Shown: positions 49,014 to 59,102, numbered from the stretch's first letter. The stretch: 64,000 nt of DNA from a bacterium (GCA_030606215.1 JAUWGW010000007.1:1615-65614), one strand, 5' to 3'. Program-made: numbers and translations. The notes: generated by a model from the letters alone, not told the origin.

Positions 49014-49299
49014 ACTCACATATTTAGCCTTATTCAGAATTTTGCTCCACCCCGATGATAAAAACCCGCCTCTTCGGAGGGTCACCGATGAGGCGACCCT
49101 TTCAAATTTGCCATACACAGCCATTTCTCGACCCTGTTAGACCAGAGTATGTAGGTAAACTCTCTCCTGAAAGTGCAGACCCCCTCTCAGAGCCCGAATT
49201 TTTATCACCATAAATTCCCCTTCTAACTCTATTTTTGCCAGTTTTGCATAGAGAAGTTGGAGCAAATGGTATTCTAATATGGAAAGGGAATTAGGAAGA

Positions 49300-49362
49300 C
49301 CAGTTTCTATAAGTTTTATTCATGATAACGATAATAATATGTCAAAATTGAGGGTTGGTCAA
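49300..49362 (-). repeat. Right direct repeat: orphan UPF0280 promoter and 5' end
   Basis: Minus strand TTGACC-17-TATTAT, then MNKTYRNWSS-stop. Confidence 0.85.
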
Positions 49363-49380
49363 GCGGGTAATAAAAATTTC

Positions 49381-49409
49381 TTGCAATTCAAGTAAAACCA
49401 CTCTAAAAT
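49381..49409 (+). promoter_or_regulatory. Putative carAB promoter
   Basis: TTGCAA-17-TAAAAT. Confidence 0.55.
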
Positions 49410-49445
49410 CAGAATTTAGAATTCGGTCTTCGGGTTTCGGTAAAG

Positions 49446-49566
49446 GTAGATACCCAGTAAACGCCGTGTCATTCTGACCCTGAGTGAAGGGGAAGAATCT
49501 ACAAGAGATTCTTTGTCGCGTTGCTCCTCAGAATGACAGATTGGGACGCATTTGCTGAATGTTTAC
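49446..49566. repeat. Nested palindromic elements upstream of carA
   Basis: Inner TGTCATTCTGA...TCAGAATGACA (49467-49538); outer imperfect inverted repeat gtagatacccagtaaacgc / gcatttgctgaatgtttac. Confidence 0.75.
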
Positions 49567-49582
49567 GTGAGGGTTTATTCAG

Positions 49583-50701
49583 ATGAAAGCAGTATTGGTG
49601 TTAGAAGATGGCAGCACATTTCACGGTCTCTCAGCAGGAGTAGTCGGAGAGAAGGTAGGAGAGGTTATTTTAAATACTGCTGTTGTTGGGTATCAGGAGA
49701 TTATGACAGATCCGGCAAATGCCGGTAAGATTTTGGTTTTGACATATCCCTTGATAGGTAATTATGGTGTAGCCAAAAAATTTTCCGAGTCCGGGAAATG
49801 CTGGTTATCTGCACTGGTTATAAAAGAAAACAGCAACATGTATTCCAATTGGCAAGCAGAGGATACTTTTAGCAATTTCTTGAAGAAAGAAGGTCTTGTT
49901 GCAATGAGTGAAGTTGATACAAGGACATTAACTGTTAAGATCAGGGATAGCGGTCAGATGCTTGGAATAGTTTCAAGTCAAGAGGTAAAGAAAAGTGCCC
50001 TGCTTAAGAAACTGAAAGACTATAAAAGAGAAATGAAAAGAGATTTTATAAAAGATATCTCTGTAAAAAGGATTAAACAAATTAAGGGGAATCCTTCAGG
50101 CCCAAGAATAGCCATACTAAATTTGGGAATCTTGAATAGTTTTCTTGAACAATTAAGGGAGCTTGGATGCAATCTTACATTGTTACCCTATAACACTGAT
50201 GCAGACAAAATTCTTGGATTGAATCCCGACGGTTTAATTATTTCTAATGGGCCGGAGGAAGATGAGGCAATTTCTAAAATTGTAGTGGTAGTTCAGAAAC
50301 TCCTCGGGAAAATTCCCATTTTAGGTATTTCTACCGGATGTGAAATTATTTATCTTGCTTTGGGAGGAAAGCTTAAAAAGATGAAGATAGGTCACCATGG
50401 CTTAAATTATCCGGTGCGCTCACCCGAATCATATAAAGGTGATATCACAGTTCAGAACCATTCATATGCTTTAGATGAGAATTCTTACCCATACCTATCT
50501 CTTCCCCAAATCCCCCTACCCCCTTTACAAAAGGGGGAGAAAGGGATTAAAATTACCCTGCGGAATGTCAATGATAACTCTATTGAGGAGATAGAGAGTC
50601 TACCGTTAAAGTTTATCTCCGCCCAGTACTATCCGGTAAGTCCCGGGTCTGGAGAGGTGAATGAATTATTCATAAGGTTTTTGAAGTATGCCAAAGCGTA
50701 A
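49583..50701 (+). CDS. carA: Carbamoyl-phosphate synthase small subunit with degenerate glutaminase site
   Basis: [36 protein letters not shown] replaces GICLG and YYPV replaces xHPE. Confidence 0.92.
   Translation: MKAVLVLEDGSTFHGLSAGVVGEKVGEVILNTAVVGYQEIMTDPANAGKILVLTYPLIGNYGVAKKFSESGKCWLSALVIKENSNMYSNWQAEDTFSNFLKKEGLVAMSEVDTRTLTVKIRDSGQMLGIVSSQEVKKSALLKKLKDYKREMKRDFIKDISVKRIKQIKGNPSGPRIAILNLGILNSFLEQLRELGCNLTLLPYNTDADKILGLNPDGLIISNGPEEDEAISKIVVVVQKLLGKIPILGISTGCEIIYLALGGKLKKMKIGHHGLNYPVRSPESYKGDITVQNHSYALDENSYPYLSLPQIPLPPLQKGEKGIKITLRNVNDNSIEEIESLPLKFISAQYYPVSPGSGEVNELFIRFLKYAKA
50509..50548. repeat. Palindromic element inside carA
   Basis: aatccc-ccta-ccccctttacaaaaggggg-agaaa-gggatt; encodes [13 protein letters not shown]. 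Confidence 0.75.
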
Positions 50702-53700
50702 AGATATAAAGAAGATTTTAATGATAGGCTCTGGTCCTATTATTATAGGACAGGCTTGTGAATTTGATTATTCTGGTTCTCAAGCCTGTAAGGCTTTAAG
50801 AGAAGAAGGTTACTTTACAATCCTTATAAATAGTAATCCGGCTACCATTATGACAGACCCTGACATGGCAGATGTGACATATGTTGAGCCGCTTACAGTA
50901 GAAGTTATTACTGAGATAATAAAAAAGGAGAGACCTGATGCCATTCTACCTACATTGGGTGGTCAGACAGGGTTGAACCTTGCCTATTTTTTGATGAGGG
51001 AAGGTATTCTAAAAAAGTATGGGGTAGAGTCTATAGGGGCCAGTGTTGAGGCTATCTCAAGAGCTGAAGATAGAGAACTATTCAAAAAGGCAATGCGAGA
51101 GATAAACATAGACACTCCAAAAAGCGGCATTGCTACAAATCTAAGTTCCGGTGTAAAGATTGGACTTGAAATAGGGTTCCCATTAATTTTGAGGCCTGCG
51201 TACTGTTTGGGAGGAAGCGGTGGTTCTACTGCTTATAATAAGGAGGAATTGGAGGAGTTTTTGGTAAAGGGACTTGAGATAAGCCCGGTCCATCAGGTGT
51301 TGGTTGAACAATCTGTATTAGGGTGGAAAGAAATAGAGTACGAGGTAATGAGAGACTGTGTTGATAATGTTATTATGATTACTTCTATGGAGAATGTTGA
51401 TCCAATGGGGGTGCATACCGGTGATAGTATTGTAGTTGCGCCATCCCAGAGTGTAAGCATGAATGAGTACTCAAATTTTGTGAATCTATCCAGAAGGATT
51501 ATAAGGAAGATCGGTGTAGCGGGAGGGGGTGCAAATATTCAATTTGGCCAGAATCCGGATAATGGACACATTGTGATTATAGAGGTTAATCCGAGACTTT
51601 CAAGGAGTTCAGCCTTGGCGTCCAAAGCTACGGGTTTCCCTATTGCAAGGGTTGCTACAAAGTTGGCTGTTGGCTTGACTCTCCCTGAAGTTCTAAATCA
51701 GATTACGGGAAAGACAACATCGTTCTTTGAGCCGACGGTTGATTACTGCGTATTTAAGATCTGTAGATTTACTTTTGAAAAATTTCCTCAGGCTCAAAGG
51801 GTTTTAAACACATCTATGAAGGCAGTTGGTGAGGCAATGTCTATTGGCAGGAATTTCAGGGAAGCGCTTCAGAAGGGAATAAGGTCTACTGAAACAGGTA
51901 GGTCTGGACTGGGTTCAGACGGAAAAGACAAAATTACGGATGAGGTGTTAGAATCAGCATCAGAGGATTTGATTGAGGAAATAAAGAAAAAAATAAGGAT
52001 TCCCAGCGATGAGAGGTTATTTTATATCAGGTATGGTATTAAACTTGGATTAACAGTTGATGAGATTTATGAGCTCTCAAAAATTGACAGGTGGTTTATA
52101 AATAATATGAGGCAGATTGTAGAATTGGAGGAAGAGATAAAAAAGTTCAGGATTAAGGATTCAGGATCCCGAATCCCACCGGAGTTGCTCAGGAGGGCGA
52201 AGATGAACGGTTTCTCAGATGCACAGCTTGCTTATCTGCTAAATTCAACGGAGAGAAAAGTTCGTTCCTTACGAAAAAAGCACAATATAGAGGCAGTTTA
52301 TAAATTGGTAGATACATGTGGAGGGGAATTTAAAGCGAGCAAACCTTACTATTATTCTACATATGAGACCAGGAACGAGAGTGAGCCCTCTCAAAATAAG
52401 AAAGTTCTTATCCTCGGAGGTGGACCTAATAGAATAGGGCAGGGGATAGAATTTGATTATTGTTGTTGCCATGCTTCCTTTGCTTTGAAGGAAGAAGGAG
52501 TTGAAAGCATTATGGTAAATTGCAATCCGGAGACTGTCTCTACAGATTATGATACTTCAGACAAGTTGTATTTTGAACCTTTGACAGTTGAGGATGTATT
52601 AAATATTGTAGACATTGAAAAACCTTTCGGTGTAATAGTTCAATTCGGAGGTCAGACTCCTTTGAACATATCCGGGGAACTCGCGAAGGCGGGAGTGAAA
52701 ATCTTGGGGACCAGCCCTGATTCTATAGACAGAGCAGAGAATAGAAAAAGATTTCAACGGACGCTCAAACAATTGCAACTCATTCAGCCTGATAATGGGA
52801 TAGCAGGCTCGTTCGAAGGAGCAAGGAAGATTGCTGGAAGAATAGGATATCCGGTAGTGGTAAGACCTTCTTATGTCCTCGGTGGTAGAGCTATGGAGAT
52901 AGTCTATGATGACGAGGACTTAAATGGTTTCATGGAGAAGGCTGTAGAGGCATCTCCTGAGCGTCCAATTCTTATTGACAAGTTTTTGGAGGATGCGATT
53001 GAGGTCGATGTGGACGCAATTGCAGATGGCAGGAAGTGCGTGATAGGCGGGATTATGGAGCACATTGAGGAGGCAGGAATACATTCTGGCGACAGTGCAA
53101 TGGTCATTCCTCCATATACGCTGGGTAAAGATATAATAGAAGTTATAAGGGATAATACATACTTGCTTGCAAAGGAATTGAATGTAAAGGGATTTTTGAA
53201 TATCCAGTATGCTGTCAAGAATAATGTAGTCTATGTCTTAGAAGTGAATCCAAGAGCAAGCAGAACAATCCCGTTTGTGAGTAAGGCAATAGGAGTTCCT
53301 CTGGCAAAGTTAGCAACCAAGATAATGCTCGGGAGGACACTCGAAGAATTGGGTTTTATGAAGGAAAAGGAAATAGAGCACGTGGCGGTGAAAGAATCCG
53401 TATTTCCTTTTATAAGGTTTCCTGGTGTAGACGCAGTTCTCGGACCGGAGATGAAATCGACGGGGGAGGTCATGGGAATTGATTCTACATTCGGTGTAGC
53501 TTATGCGAAGAGCCAGATAGCTGCCGGGCAAAAGTTGCCGAAGAAAGGAAATGTATTTGTAAGCGTGAAAAACCAGGATAAGAGAAGTATAGTTTTCATT
53601 GCTAAGAAGCTTGTTGATCTTGGCTTCAGGATTATGGCGACTTCGGGTACGGCAGATGTCCTTAAGAAGAATGATATAGAAACAAAAGTCCTTCCTAAAC

Positions 53701-53957
53701 TTCATGAAGGGAGACCCAATATCATTGATTTAATAAAAGATGGCAAGGTAGAACTTATGATAAACACTCCTGCGGGAAAAGCAACTAAGGAAGATGAAAC
53801 AAAGATAAGGTCTCATGCGATTCTCTATGGTGTTCCTCTTATAACCACGATTGCTGGTGCTGAGGCTACTGTCAACGGAATTGAGAATCTGGTTAACAGG
53901 AAAAAGATGGGTGTGAAATCGTTACAGAAATATCATGAGCCAGTGAAAAATTCTTGA
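50688..53957 (+). CDS. carB: Carbamoyl-phosphate synthase large subunit
   Basis: [24 protein letters not shown], two ATP-grasp halves, C-terminal MGS domain. Confidence 0.97.
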   Translation: MPKRKDIKKILMIGSGPIIIGQACEFDYSGSQACKALREEGYFTILINSNPATIMTDPDMADVTYVEPLTVEVITEIIKKERPDAILPTLGGQTGLNLAYFLMREGILKKYGVESIGASVEAISRAEDRELFKKAMREINIDTPKSGIATNLSSGVKIGLEIGFPLILRPAYCLGGSGGSTAYNKEELEEFLVKGLEISPVHQVLVEQSVLGWKEIEYEVMRDCVDNVIMITSMENVDPMGVHTGDSIVVAPSQSVSMNEYSNFVNLSRRIIRKIGVAGGGANIQFGQNPDNGHIVIIEVNPRLSRSSALASKATGFPIARVATKLAVGLTLPEVLNQITGKTTSFFEPTVDYCVFKICRFTFEKFPQAQRVLNTSMKAVGEAMSIGRNFREALQKGIRSTETGRSGLGSDGKDKITDEVLESASEDLIEEIKKKIRIPSDERLFYIRYGIKLGLTVDEIYELSKIDRWFINNMRQIVELEEEIKKFRIKDSGSRIPPELLRRAKMNGFSDAQLAYLLNSTERKVRSLRKKHNIEAVYKLVDTCGGEFKASKPYYYSTYETRNESEPSQNKKVLILGGGPNRIGQGIEFDYCCCHASFALKEEGVESIMVNCNPETVSTDYDTSDKLYFEPLTVEDVLNIVDIEKPFGVIVQFGGQTPLNISGELAKAGVKILGTSPDSIDRAENRKRFQRTLKQLQLIQPDNGIAGSFEGARKIAGRIGYPVVVRPSYVLGGRAMEIVYDDEDLNGFMEKAVEASPERPILIDKFLEDAIEVDVDAIADGRKCVIGGIMEHIEEAGIHSGDSAMVIPPYTLGKDIIEVIRDNTYLLAKELNVKGFLNIQYAVKNNVVYVLEVNPRASRTIPFVSKAIGVPLAKLATKIMLGRTLEELGFMKEKEIEHVAVKESVFPFIRFPGVDAVLGPEMKSTGEVMGIDSTFGVAYAKSQIAAGQKLPKKGNVFVSVKNQDKRSIVFIAKKLVDLGFRIMATSGTADVLKKNDIETKVLPKLHEGRPNIIDLIKDGKVELMINTPAGKATKEDETKIRSHAILYGVPLITTIAGAEATVNGIENLVNRKKMGVKSLQKYHEPVKNS

Positions 53958-53982
53958 CATAAAACTGACTGTGTGGTATTTT
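53954..53982 (+). promoter_or_regulatory. Sigma70 promoter for 54 aa microprotein gene
   Basis: TTGACA-17-TATTTT with extended -10 TG; RBS aaggaggtga follows. Confidence 0.65.
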
Positions 53983-54024
53983 TTAAGACGGGGAATGAAG
54001 GTTTTTGAAAAGGAGGTGAGATAG

Positions 54025-54189
54025 ATGGCGCAGAAGGTAGCAAGAGTTAGGATTAAAAAAGAGCCGGGCTACCTGTATTTTGTCGACAAAGACGGGGATA
54101 TTTCCAGGGCAAAGATGGCTCGGGGTGGACGGAAGAAGAAAAAGAAAGTTGTAAAGAAAGCGAAGAAGGCGAAAAAGAGAAGAAGATAA
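54025..54189 (+). CDS. 54 aa highly basic protein with Lys/Arg tail (not in ORF track)
   Basis: MAQKVARVRIKKEPGYLYFVDKDGDISRAKMARGGRKKKKKVVKKAKKAKKRRR; has its own promoter, RBS and terminator. Confidence 0.85.
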   Translation: MAQKVARVRIKKEPGYLYFVDKDGDISRAKMARGGRKKKKKVVKKAKKAKKRRR

Positions 54190-54196
54190 ATCATTT

Positions 54197-54240
54197 TTAG
54201 AGGCAGTTAGGAAAGGTGTCCAACTGCCTCTAATTTTTTT
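54197..54240 (+). terminator. Rho-independent terminator
   Basis: 12 bp stem ttagaggcagtt/aactgcctctaa followed by T7. Confidence 0.85.
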
Positions 54241-54254
54241 GCAATTTCAGTGGA

Positions 54255-54794
54255 TTATTTTACCACGACTAGATCCTTCAACCGCTTAAAGGTTTCTTCT
54301 CCTATACCGGGGACATTTTTCAATTCTTCCACAGATGTGAATGGACCATGTGTATTTCTATAATTGATGATATCGCTGGAGCGAACTTCCCCGATATGGG
54401 GGAGTGTCCTCAACTCTTCCCCGGTTGCTTTATTTATATTTATCTTTCTCTGATAGCTTCTGGATGCAGAACTGCCTTTAACCGAAACAACAATCTTCTG
54501 ACCATCTTTGAGAAAGGCAGCTCTGTTAATAGCGTCTAAATCTGCATCTGGTCTCAGCATGGCTCTCACCAGGACATCTTCAACGCGCGCTCCCTTCTCC
54601 AGTTTATAGACGCCAGGTTTCCAGACCGCACCACTTACATCAACACAGATAATCTCACTTTCCTCCAGAGATTCACCTATAACCTGTGGTGTTACAGGAG
54701 GTGTTGTGAAGCTGCGGTGATATAAGACCACAAGACCACAGATTGATGCACCTATCAGAAAGAGAACAATCCCTCTTTCCTGCTTTGTCAGCAT
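54255..54794 (-). CDS. comEA: ComEA family DNA-binding protein (TM + SLBB + HhH)
   Basis: VDVSGAVWKPGVY, ININKAT.EEL.TLPHIG, GPFTSVEELKNVPGIG. Confidence 0.92.
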   Translation of the reverse strand: MLTKQERGIVLFLIGASICGLVVLYHRSFTTPPVTPQVIGESLEESEIICVDVSGAVWKPGVYKLEKGARVEDVLVRAMLRPDADLDAINRAAFLKDGQKIVVSVKGSSASRSYQRKININKATGEELRTLPHIGEVRSSDIINYRNTHGPFTSVEELKNVPGIGEETFKRLKDLVVVK

Positions 54795-54810
54795 ATCATC
54801 AATTTATGTT

Positions 54811-54909
54811 TTATCTTTTCTTCTTGTGAGCAGCACAAAATTTGGATTTGCCAGATGCTTTATTCTTACATCTCTTTCCTGCTGCAGTTTTTGCGGCACA
54901 TCTTGCCAT
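54811..54909 (-). CDS. 32 aa basic CCCH zinc-finger-like microprotein (not in ORF track)
   Basis: MARCAAKTAAGKRCKNKASGKSKFCAAHKKKR; RBS gggaggtga; C-x9-C-x10-C-x2-H. Confidence 0.8.
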   Translation of the reverse strand: MARCAAKTAAGKRCKNKASGKSKFCAAHKKKR

Positions 54910-54933
54910 TCAACTCACCTCCCTTTTTTTAAA

Positions 54934-54962
54934 AGTGTAACACACCACTCCATCAGATGCAA
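54934..54962 (-). promoter_or_regulatory. Promoter for 32 aa gene and comEA
   Basis: TTGCAT-17-TACACT with extended -10 TG. Confidence 0.6.
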
Positions 54963-54978
54963 ACAAAATTATCTCATG

Positions 54979-56565
54979 TCAAACATCATTTCCTTTTTCT
55001 TCAAGGTATTCTTCTTCGATGTTGACAGCCCAAATATTGTCCTTAGTTTTAATATCATTGATGGTATTCTCTACAGCTACCATTGCGGAGAGCATAGAGT
55101 GGTCCTGATTGTTGTATCTATGCATGCCATTCCTGCCGATCAGGAACAGGTTTTCAAATTTATTCAAGTAATTTTGCAAAACATCAAAGTTGTCGTAACT
55201 TCCGGAATAGACCGGATAAGTTTTTGGAGTTCTGATTACTACGCTATCCAGCGCATCTTTTTTTTCAATCATATCTATCTTTTCCAGTTCATCTATCGCA
55301 AATTTTGTAAACTCTTCATCCGGCATGCTCCATAATTCATCACCTTCATTGCAGATATATTCAAGCCCTATCCATACCTTGCTATTGTCTTTAACCAGGT
55401 ATGGTGACCAGTTACTGTAAATTTGGATCCTGGCAAGCTTAACATCACTTTCTTGTACATAGATCCAGTTATCTGGAATCATACCTCCTATTGTCTTTGT
55501 TTTGGATTTGTTTTTTATCTTTAGCTTGTTGAGTAGAAGTCCTACTGTAATGAAGTCTCTGTACGTTAAACCATTGGCAACTTCCTTAACATTCTGCGGC
55601 ACATCACCAAAGGAATTTATTAGATCTCTAATTGGCATCGTCGAAAATAAATAATCTACTGTCATGCTTTTTGTCTCGCCGCTTTTTCCATCCATAACCC
55701 TTACATCAATCACTTTATTATTTCTGTGCTCGACTCCTACCACCTTATGTCTTAGACATATTTCGCCATCCTTTTTCATTATTAAATTTGCCACCTCTTC
55801 CCACAACTGCCCTGGTCCATATTTAGGATAAAGAAATTGTCTGATTAGAGATGTTTCGACTTTCTTCTGAGAGACATCTTCGGCCTTCACAAATAATCCT
55901 CTAATTGAATCTTGAATTGCCCTGCTTATGGATAAACCTTTAATGCGCTGCTTCCCCCATTTTGGGTCTATCCTGCTGCAGGGGATTCCCCATACCTTCT
56001 CCGTGTAATTTTCGAAGAAAACCGAATACAATTTCTTACCGAAGCGATTTATAAAGAAATCCTCCAATGTTTTCTCTTCTCTGATAGGGAAAACCCTTGC
56101 CTTGACATAGCTCATTGCTATTTCCAGAACATTAACTATTCCAAGATTCAAAAGGGTATTCATATTTAATGAAATGGGATAATCAAAGAATTTTCTGGAA
56201 AAGAAAATCCTGGAAATTCTTCCGCGAAGTAACATTACGTTGTCTTCCTTTTCCGGGTCCGGCCCATTTTCGGCTAACGGTATCTTTCTATTAAGAATTA
56301 AATCATCTCTGGATGGTTTCCCTTGTAATGGAAATATATTTTGCCACCACATCATAACCCTGTCTGATTTGGAAAAAAATCTATGCCCACCGATATCAAT
56401 TCTATTTCCCCTGTGATTTACTGTCTTAGATATGCCGCCGATACTATCTGTCATCTCATATATTATCGGCTTAATATCAGTTTTAGCCAGCAGCTCATAG
56501 GCTGCTGTCAATCCGGCCGGTCCAGCACCAATAATTACGGCTATCCTTTCCATGTTTTTCTCCAC
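54979..56565 (-). CDS. FAD-dependent oxidoreductase, UDP-galactopyranose mutase-like
   Basis: [41 protein letters not shown]; start GTG 56565 or ATG 56553. Confidence 0.8.
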   Translation of the reverse strand: MEKNMERIAVIIGAGPAGLTAAYELLAKTDIKPIIYEMTDSIGGISKTVNHRGNRIDIGGHRFFSKSDRVMMWWQNIFPLQGKPSRDDLILNRKIPLAENGPDPEKEDNVMLLRGRISRIFFSRKFFDYPISLNMNTLLNLGIVNVLEIAMSYVKARVFPIREEKTLEDFFINRFGKKLYSVFFENYTEKVWGIPCSRIDPKWGKQRIKGLSISRAIQDSIRGLFVKAEDVSQKKVETSLIRQFLYPKYGPGQLWEEVANLIMKKDGEICLRHKVVGVEHRNNKVIDVRVMDGKSGETKSMTVDYLFSTMPIRDLINSFGDVPQNVKEVANGLTYRDFITVGLLLNKLKIKNKSKTKTIGGMIPDNWIYVQESDVKLARIQIYSNWSPYLVKDNSKVWIGLEYICNEGDELWSMPDEEFTKFAIDELEKIDMIEKKDALDSVVIRTPKTYPVYSGSYDNFDVLQNYLNKFENLFLIGRNGMHRYNNQDHSMLSAMVAVENTINDIKTKDNIWAVNIEEEYLEEKGNDV

Positions 56566-56571
56566 GGGGTT

Positions 56572-56648
56572 ATATTACAGGCTGAAACCTGCCAATGCAA
56601 GAATTTTACCAATTCTGATTGACATGCTCGGCGGAGGTAGGATATACT
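56572..56648. promoter_or_regulatory. Divergent promoter pair
   Basis: Minus TTGCAT-17-TAATAT (56600-56572); plus TTGACA-18-TATACT (56619-56648). Confidence 0.55.
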
Positions 56649-56675
56649 TCTCGTCATACTGTGGAGAGAGAGCCT

Positions 56676-59102
56676 GTGACCAAATCGTCCAGAATAGTCA
56701 TTCACCTTCTGATAACAATTCTAACAGGGATATTGTTGGGATTATTTTTCTGGAGCTGCAAATATAATGAATATCCTTCCTTTATTGAGATTTGCAGAAA
56801 GCTTGCTGAAGTTGGGGGAGTTCAAAGAGCCGCCATTCGGGGCATTTTCTCTCTTGGTGTGTTGTGGCTGTTTGCGTCATCGCTGCTAAGATACTTGAGG
56901 AGAGAAACCTTCTATGTTACATCAGGTAAAGTAGTCAAATCGTTCTTTCCGTTTTTCCTGCTCTTTCTGCTTTTCATAAAGCGATGGCCTGGTGTTCATT
57001 CCGACTTTATAATAATTGCTTTTATCTTTTCCTTTTCTTTGGCTGCGGGATTTCTGGCATCTCTATTCATACAGTTTGGAAGGTTTCACCTGCATGACAA
57101 GGTTTTCAAGATTATACTACTGTTTCTAATAGTTCTGGCGTCTACCTGGTTTATACATATTGTCCTTATCGCTTTTAATGACTTTAGATTTATATGTGAA
57201 GATTTTGCGGTATTTGATACCTCAATACATAGCGTACTGCGCGGCCAATGCCTCCGCTCATCTCTCCATCTTTACAAATCGCAATTGGGTTGCCACTTCT
57301 CCCCCATATTATTTCTCATTGCGCCATTTTATCTTATCTATAATAATCCAAGGACATTGATTTTCTTCCAGGTTGTTCCTGTATTATCAGCGGCTTTCAT
57401 TGTCTATCTCATTGCGAAGGAAAGATTGAGAAATCCCTTGCTTGCATTCTGCTTCGGAACCGGGTATCTTTTGCTGCCGCATGTCCATGCAGTAGCTTTT
57501 AACGAATTTCATGCCGCCAACATGATTCCTCCATTTGTCCTGTTGACATTCTATTTTCTCATGAGAAGAAATTTCAAAGCCTACTGGCTTTCTCTTCTCT
57601 TGATGATTTCCTGCAGGGAAGAGCTCTTCTTTACCGGAGCAACCATTGGAATCATAGCTTTCTTCTTCCCGTGGAAAACTGCTCATGAGAGAGCACAGAA
57701 CAGACGTATTGGGTTAGTCACTTTTTTTGTATGTTCTATTCTGGGTATAATAGCTGTGAAATATCTCATCCCATTTTATGCCGGCAATTTAGGAAAGGGG
57801 CATCCAAATTACCCTCTGTTTGACTGGCTTGGGAAAACACCAAAAGAGATGGTTGCCACTTTATTCTGCCATCCTGGTGAAATTCTCAAGTTTCTCTTCT
57901 TTGATGAGAGGTGGGGACTTTACAGGTGGAGAAGTCTGTGTTTTGCATTCCTTCCGATGATATTACTTCCTTTCTTTGGCAGGATGACGTTCTTACTGCC
58001 ACTTGTATCCGTCGGAGTGCTTCTGATGAGTCAGAGCCACTACTTATTCCGTCTTTCCATGCACTATTCCGCAGGTGTTTCACCTTCTGTTGCCATCTCA
58101 GCTATTTTTGGTGCAGGCTGCCTCATTAGTTTCTCAAAAGGTTCATCAAAACTTAAGAGGAAGATAGTTGGGTTTTTGGGACCGGGGTCGGCAATGTCAA
58201 TGATTGGAATTGGGTTGCTCGCTTCCTGTCTTATGTATAGCTGCTTTTTCGGCTATCTTCCTTTTTCCAGGGATTTTGATGAAAGGGGAAATGTTTTCTA
58301 TGGACCGGTGGAAAGGCCTTTTAGGAAGAATCTAAAAATAAGTGATGAGTCAAGAGTTGTGTTGGACTGTATAAAGATGATTCCTAAGGATGCTTCAGTA
58401 TGCACACAATTGAGAATTGGTCACCATCTTGGCCACCATCCAAACTTCCAGCGCTTCTGGGGATATAATGAACATGTGTCCGGTCCTGATAGACGCGACT
58501 ATGTTCTACTGAATACCCGGTGGAAAGTCAGGTCATCGGACCTGATACAACTTCTGCATGCGGGAGAATATGGAGTCCTTAGATATAAAGACGGGGTATT
58601 GCTTCTCAAATCAAACTATCCTACAGAGAAAAATGAATGGGCCTACAGGGAGATATTTCTCACCTATGATGGTCATCTTCTCATTTCAACAGGATGTCCT
58701 GAGGTTCCTGACTCTGAGGCAATTGATGGCAGAGCCAGGTTTGCGTCGCCGGGGAAGGATGAGTTCAAGTATGTCGCCCTGAGCAGGTACAGGGAATGTT
58801 TTAAGGGTAACTACAGAATTGATTTTTTCGCGAAAACTGACGTTTTAACTCCTGAGACGATAGCCAGGATAGATTGCATAAGGAAAAAGGGAGTTATCAC
58901 TGTTACTGGACGGGATATTAAAGGTACAGATTTTAAGGAGGTGGGAAAATACAAACGTTTCAGTCTGTCTTTCGAGTTGCCACTAACTACAGTATTGCAG
59001 TTCCGCGTCAGGTATTTGGGGGGAGCCAATCTATGGGTGGACCGAATTCAGTTTGAATCGGATGCCATGAGCCTTGAGCGAGCATACAGGCGGCTTAAAT
59101 GA
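56676..59102 (+). CDS. DUF2079-like polytopic membrane protein (GT-C-like) with C-terminal beta-sandwich domain
   Basis: D.AVFD, HFSPILFLIAPFY, EFH, REE, HYS, IPKDASV motifs. The ORF-track TTG start lies inside a -35 box, so a later GTG (56661 or 56676) is preferred. Confidence 0.75.
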   Translation: MTKSSRIVIHLLITILTGILLGLFFWSCKYNEYPSFIEICRKLAEVGGVQRAAIRGIFSLGVLWLFASSLLRYLRRETFYVTSGKVVKSFFPFFLLFLLFIKRWPGVHSDFIIIAFIFSFSLAAGFLASLFIQFGRFHLHDKVFKIILLFLIVLASTWFIHIVLIAFNDFRFICEDFAVFDTSIHSVLRGQCLRSSLHLYKSQLGCHFSPILFLIAPFYLIYNNPRTLIFFQVVPVLSAAFIVYLIAKERLRNPLLAFCFGTGYLLLPHVHAVAFNEFHAANMIPPFVLLTFYFLMRRNFKAYWLSLLLMISCREELFFTGATIGIIAFFFPWKTAHERAQNRRIGLVTFFVCSILGIIAVKYLIPFYAGNLGKGHPNYPLFDWLGKTPKEMVATLFCHPGEILKFLFFDERWGLYRWRSLCFAFLPMILLPFFGRMTFLLPLVSVGVLLMSQSHYLFRLSMHYSAGVSPSVAISAIFGAGCLISFSKGSSKLKRKIVGFLGPGSAMSMIGIGLLASCLMYSCFFGYLPFSRDFDERGNVFYGPVERPFRKNLKISDESRVVLDCIKMIPKDASVCTQLRIGHHLGHHPNFQRFWGYNEHVSGPDRRDYVLLNTRWKVRSSDLIQLLHAGEYGVLRYKDGVLLLKSNYPTEKNEWAYREIFLTYDGHLLISTGCPEVPDSEAIDGRARFASPGKDEFKYVALSRYRECFKGNYRIDFFAKTDVLTPETIARIDCIRKKGVITVTGRDIKGTDFKEVGKYKRFSLSFELPLTTVLQFRVRYLGGANLWVDRIQFESDAMSLERAYRRLK

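Larger units (their letters stand above)
46625..49299. mobile_element. Putative accessory islet (TA genes, nuclease, lipoprotein); no integrase seen
   Basis: Bounded by diverged direct repeats; short accessory-type cargo genes between housekeeping loci. Confidence 0.6.

Noticed and set aside
48528..49124. Minus-strand ORFs 48528-48908 and 48939-49124
   Set aside because: Antisense to better-supported genes or running through a hairpin repeat; no motifs.
49137..49211. 24-codon minus ORF (MVIKIRALRGG...) faintly like a metallo-beta-lactamase N-terminus
   Set aside because: Too short and too weak a resemblance to call a pseudogene.
54826..55335. 169 aa plus-strand ORF
   Set aside because: Antisense to the FAD oxidoreductase and the 32 aa gene; no RBS or domain.
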